From: Octopus bimaculoides
Taxonomy: Eukaryota
Length of the DNA stretch: 35,497 nt
Assembly: GCF_001194135.2 (NCBI RefSeq)
Contig: NC_068992.1
Coordinates: forward strand, 32,096,867-32,132,363
Direction of reading: 5' to 3'
Shown here: one piece after another, positions 35,385 through 35,497 of the stretch
Position numbering within the stretch: position 1 is the first letter of the stretch
Layout: each line of letters starts with the position of its first letter
Notes under the pieces: generated by a model
The model's input: the letters and a program-made list of their open reading frames with translations, nothing else
Database searches by the model: none
Told to the model about the DNA's origin: nothing
Program-made: the position numbers and the translations under genes

Positions 35385-35497
35385 TAATATATAGATATAT
35401 ATATATATATATACAAATATATAAATATATACATATGCATATATATGCATATATATGCTTACATATAATACGCATATATATGCATGTATATATATAT
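35385..35497. repeat. (TA)n-rich simple repeat
   Basis: Direct reading. Confidence 0.95.

Overview
AT-rich, microsatellite-dense eukaryotic DNA with seven N-gaps (about 2.6 kb). The repeat content suggests an octopus-type cephalopod genome (inference, not checked). The window is mostly layered, decayed mobile elements. These are a Penelope-like retroelement (RT plus GIY-YIG, 0.5-3.0 kb), several R4/Dong-clade non-LTR fragments next to (TAA)n tracts, L1/Tx1 remnants, a pogo/Tigger-like end, five copies of one tRNA-derived SINE (three with clear target-site duplications), a 170-bp hairpin and a long-TIR non-autonomous DNA transposon with telomere-like repeats. A few splice-bounded open segments on the minus strand suggest an unidentified multi-exon host gene. 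The main finding is two unrelated short non-coding element families carrying Penelope-type minimal hammerhead ribozyme motifs, each found as a head-to-head inverted pair. Family 1 (three copies, 31.8-34.2 kb) has a tRNA-Thr(AGT)-like Pol III head plus a hammerhead-bearing tail, and one copy inserted with no TSD, as judged from an empty paralogous site in the window. It is a candidate SINE mobilised by Penelope-like machinery. Family 2 (7.7-7.9 kb) has a hammerhead fold with a G3-type swapped core. No intact protein-coding gene or intact autonomous element is visible.
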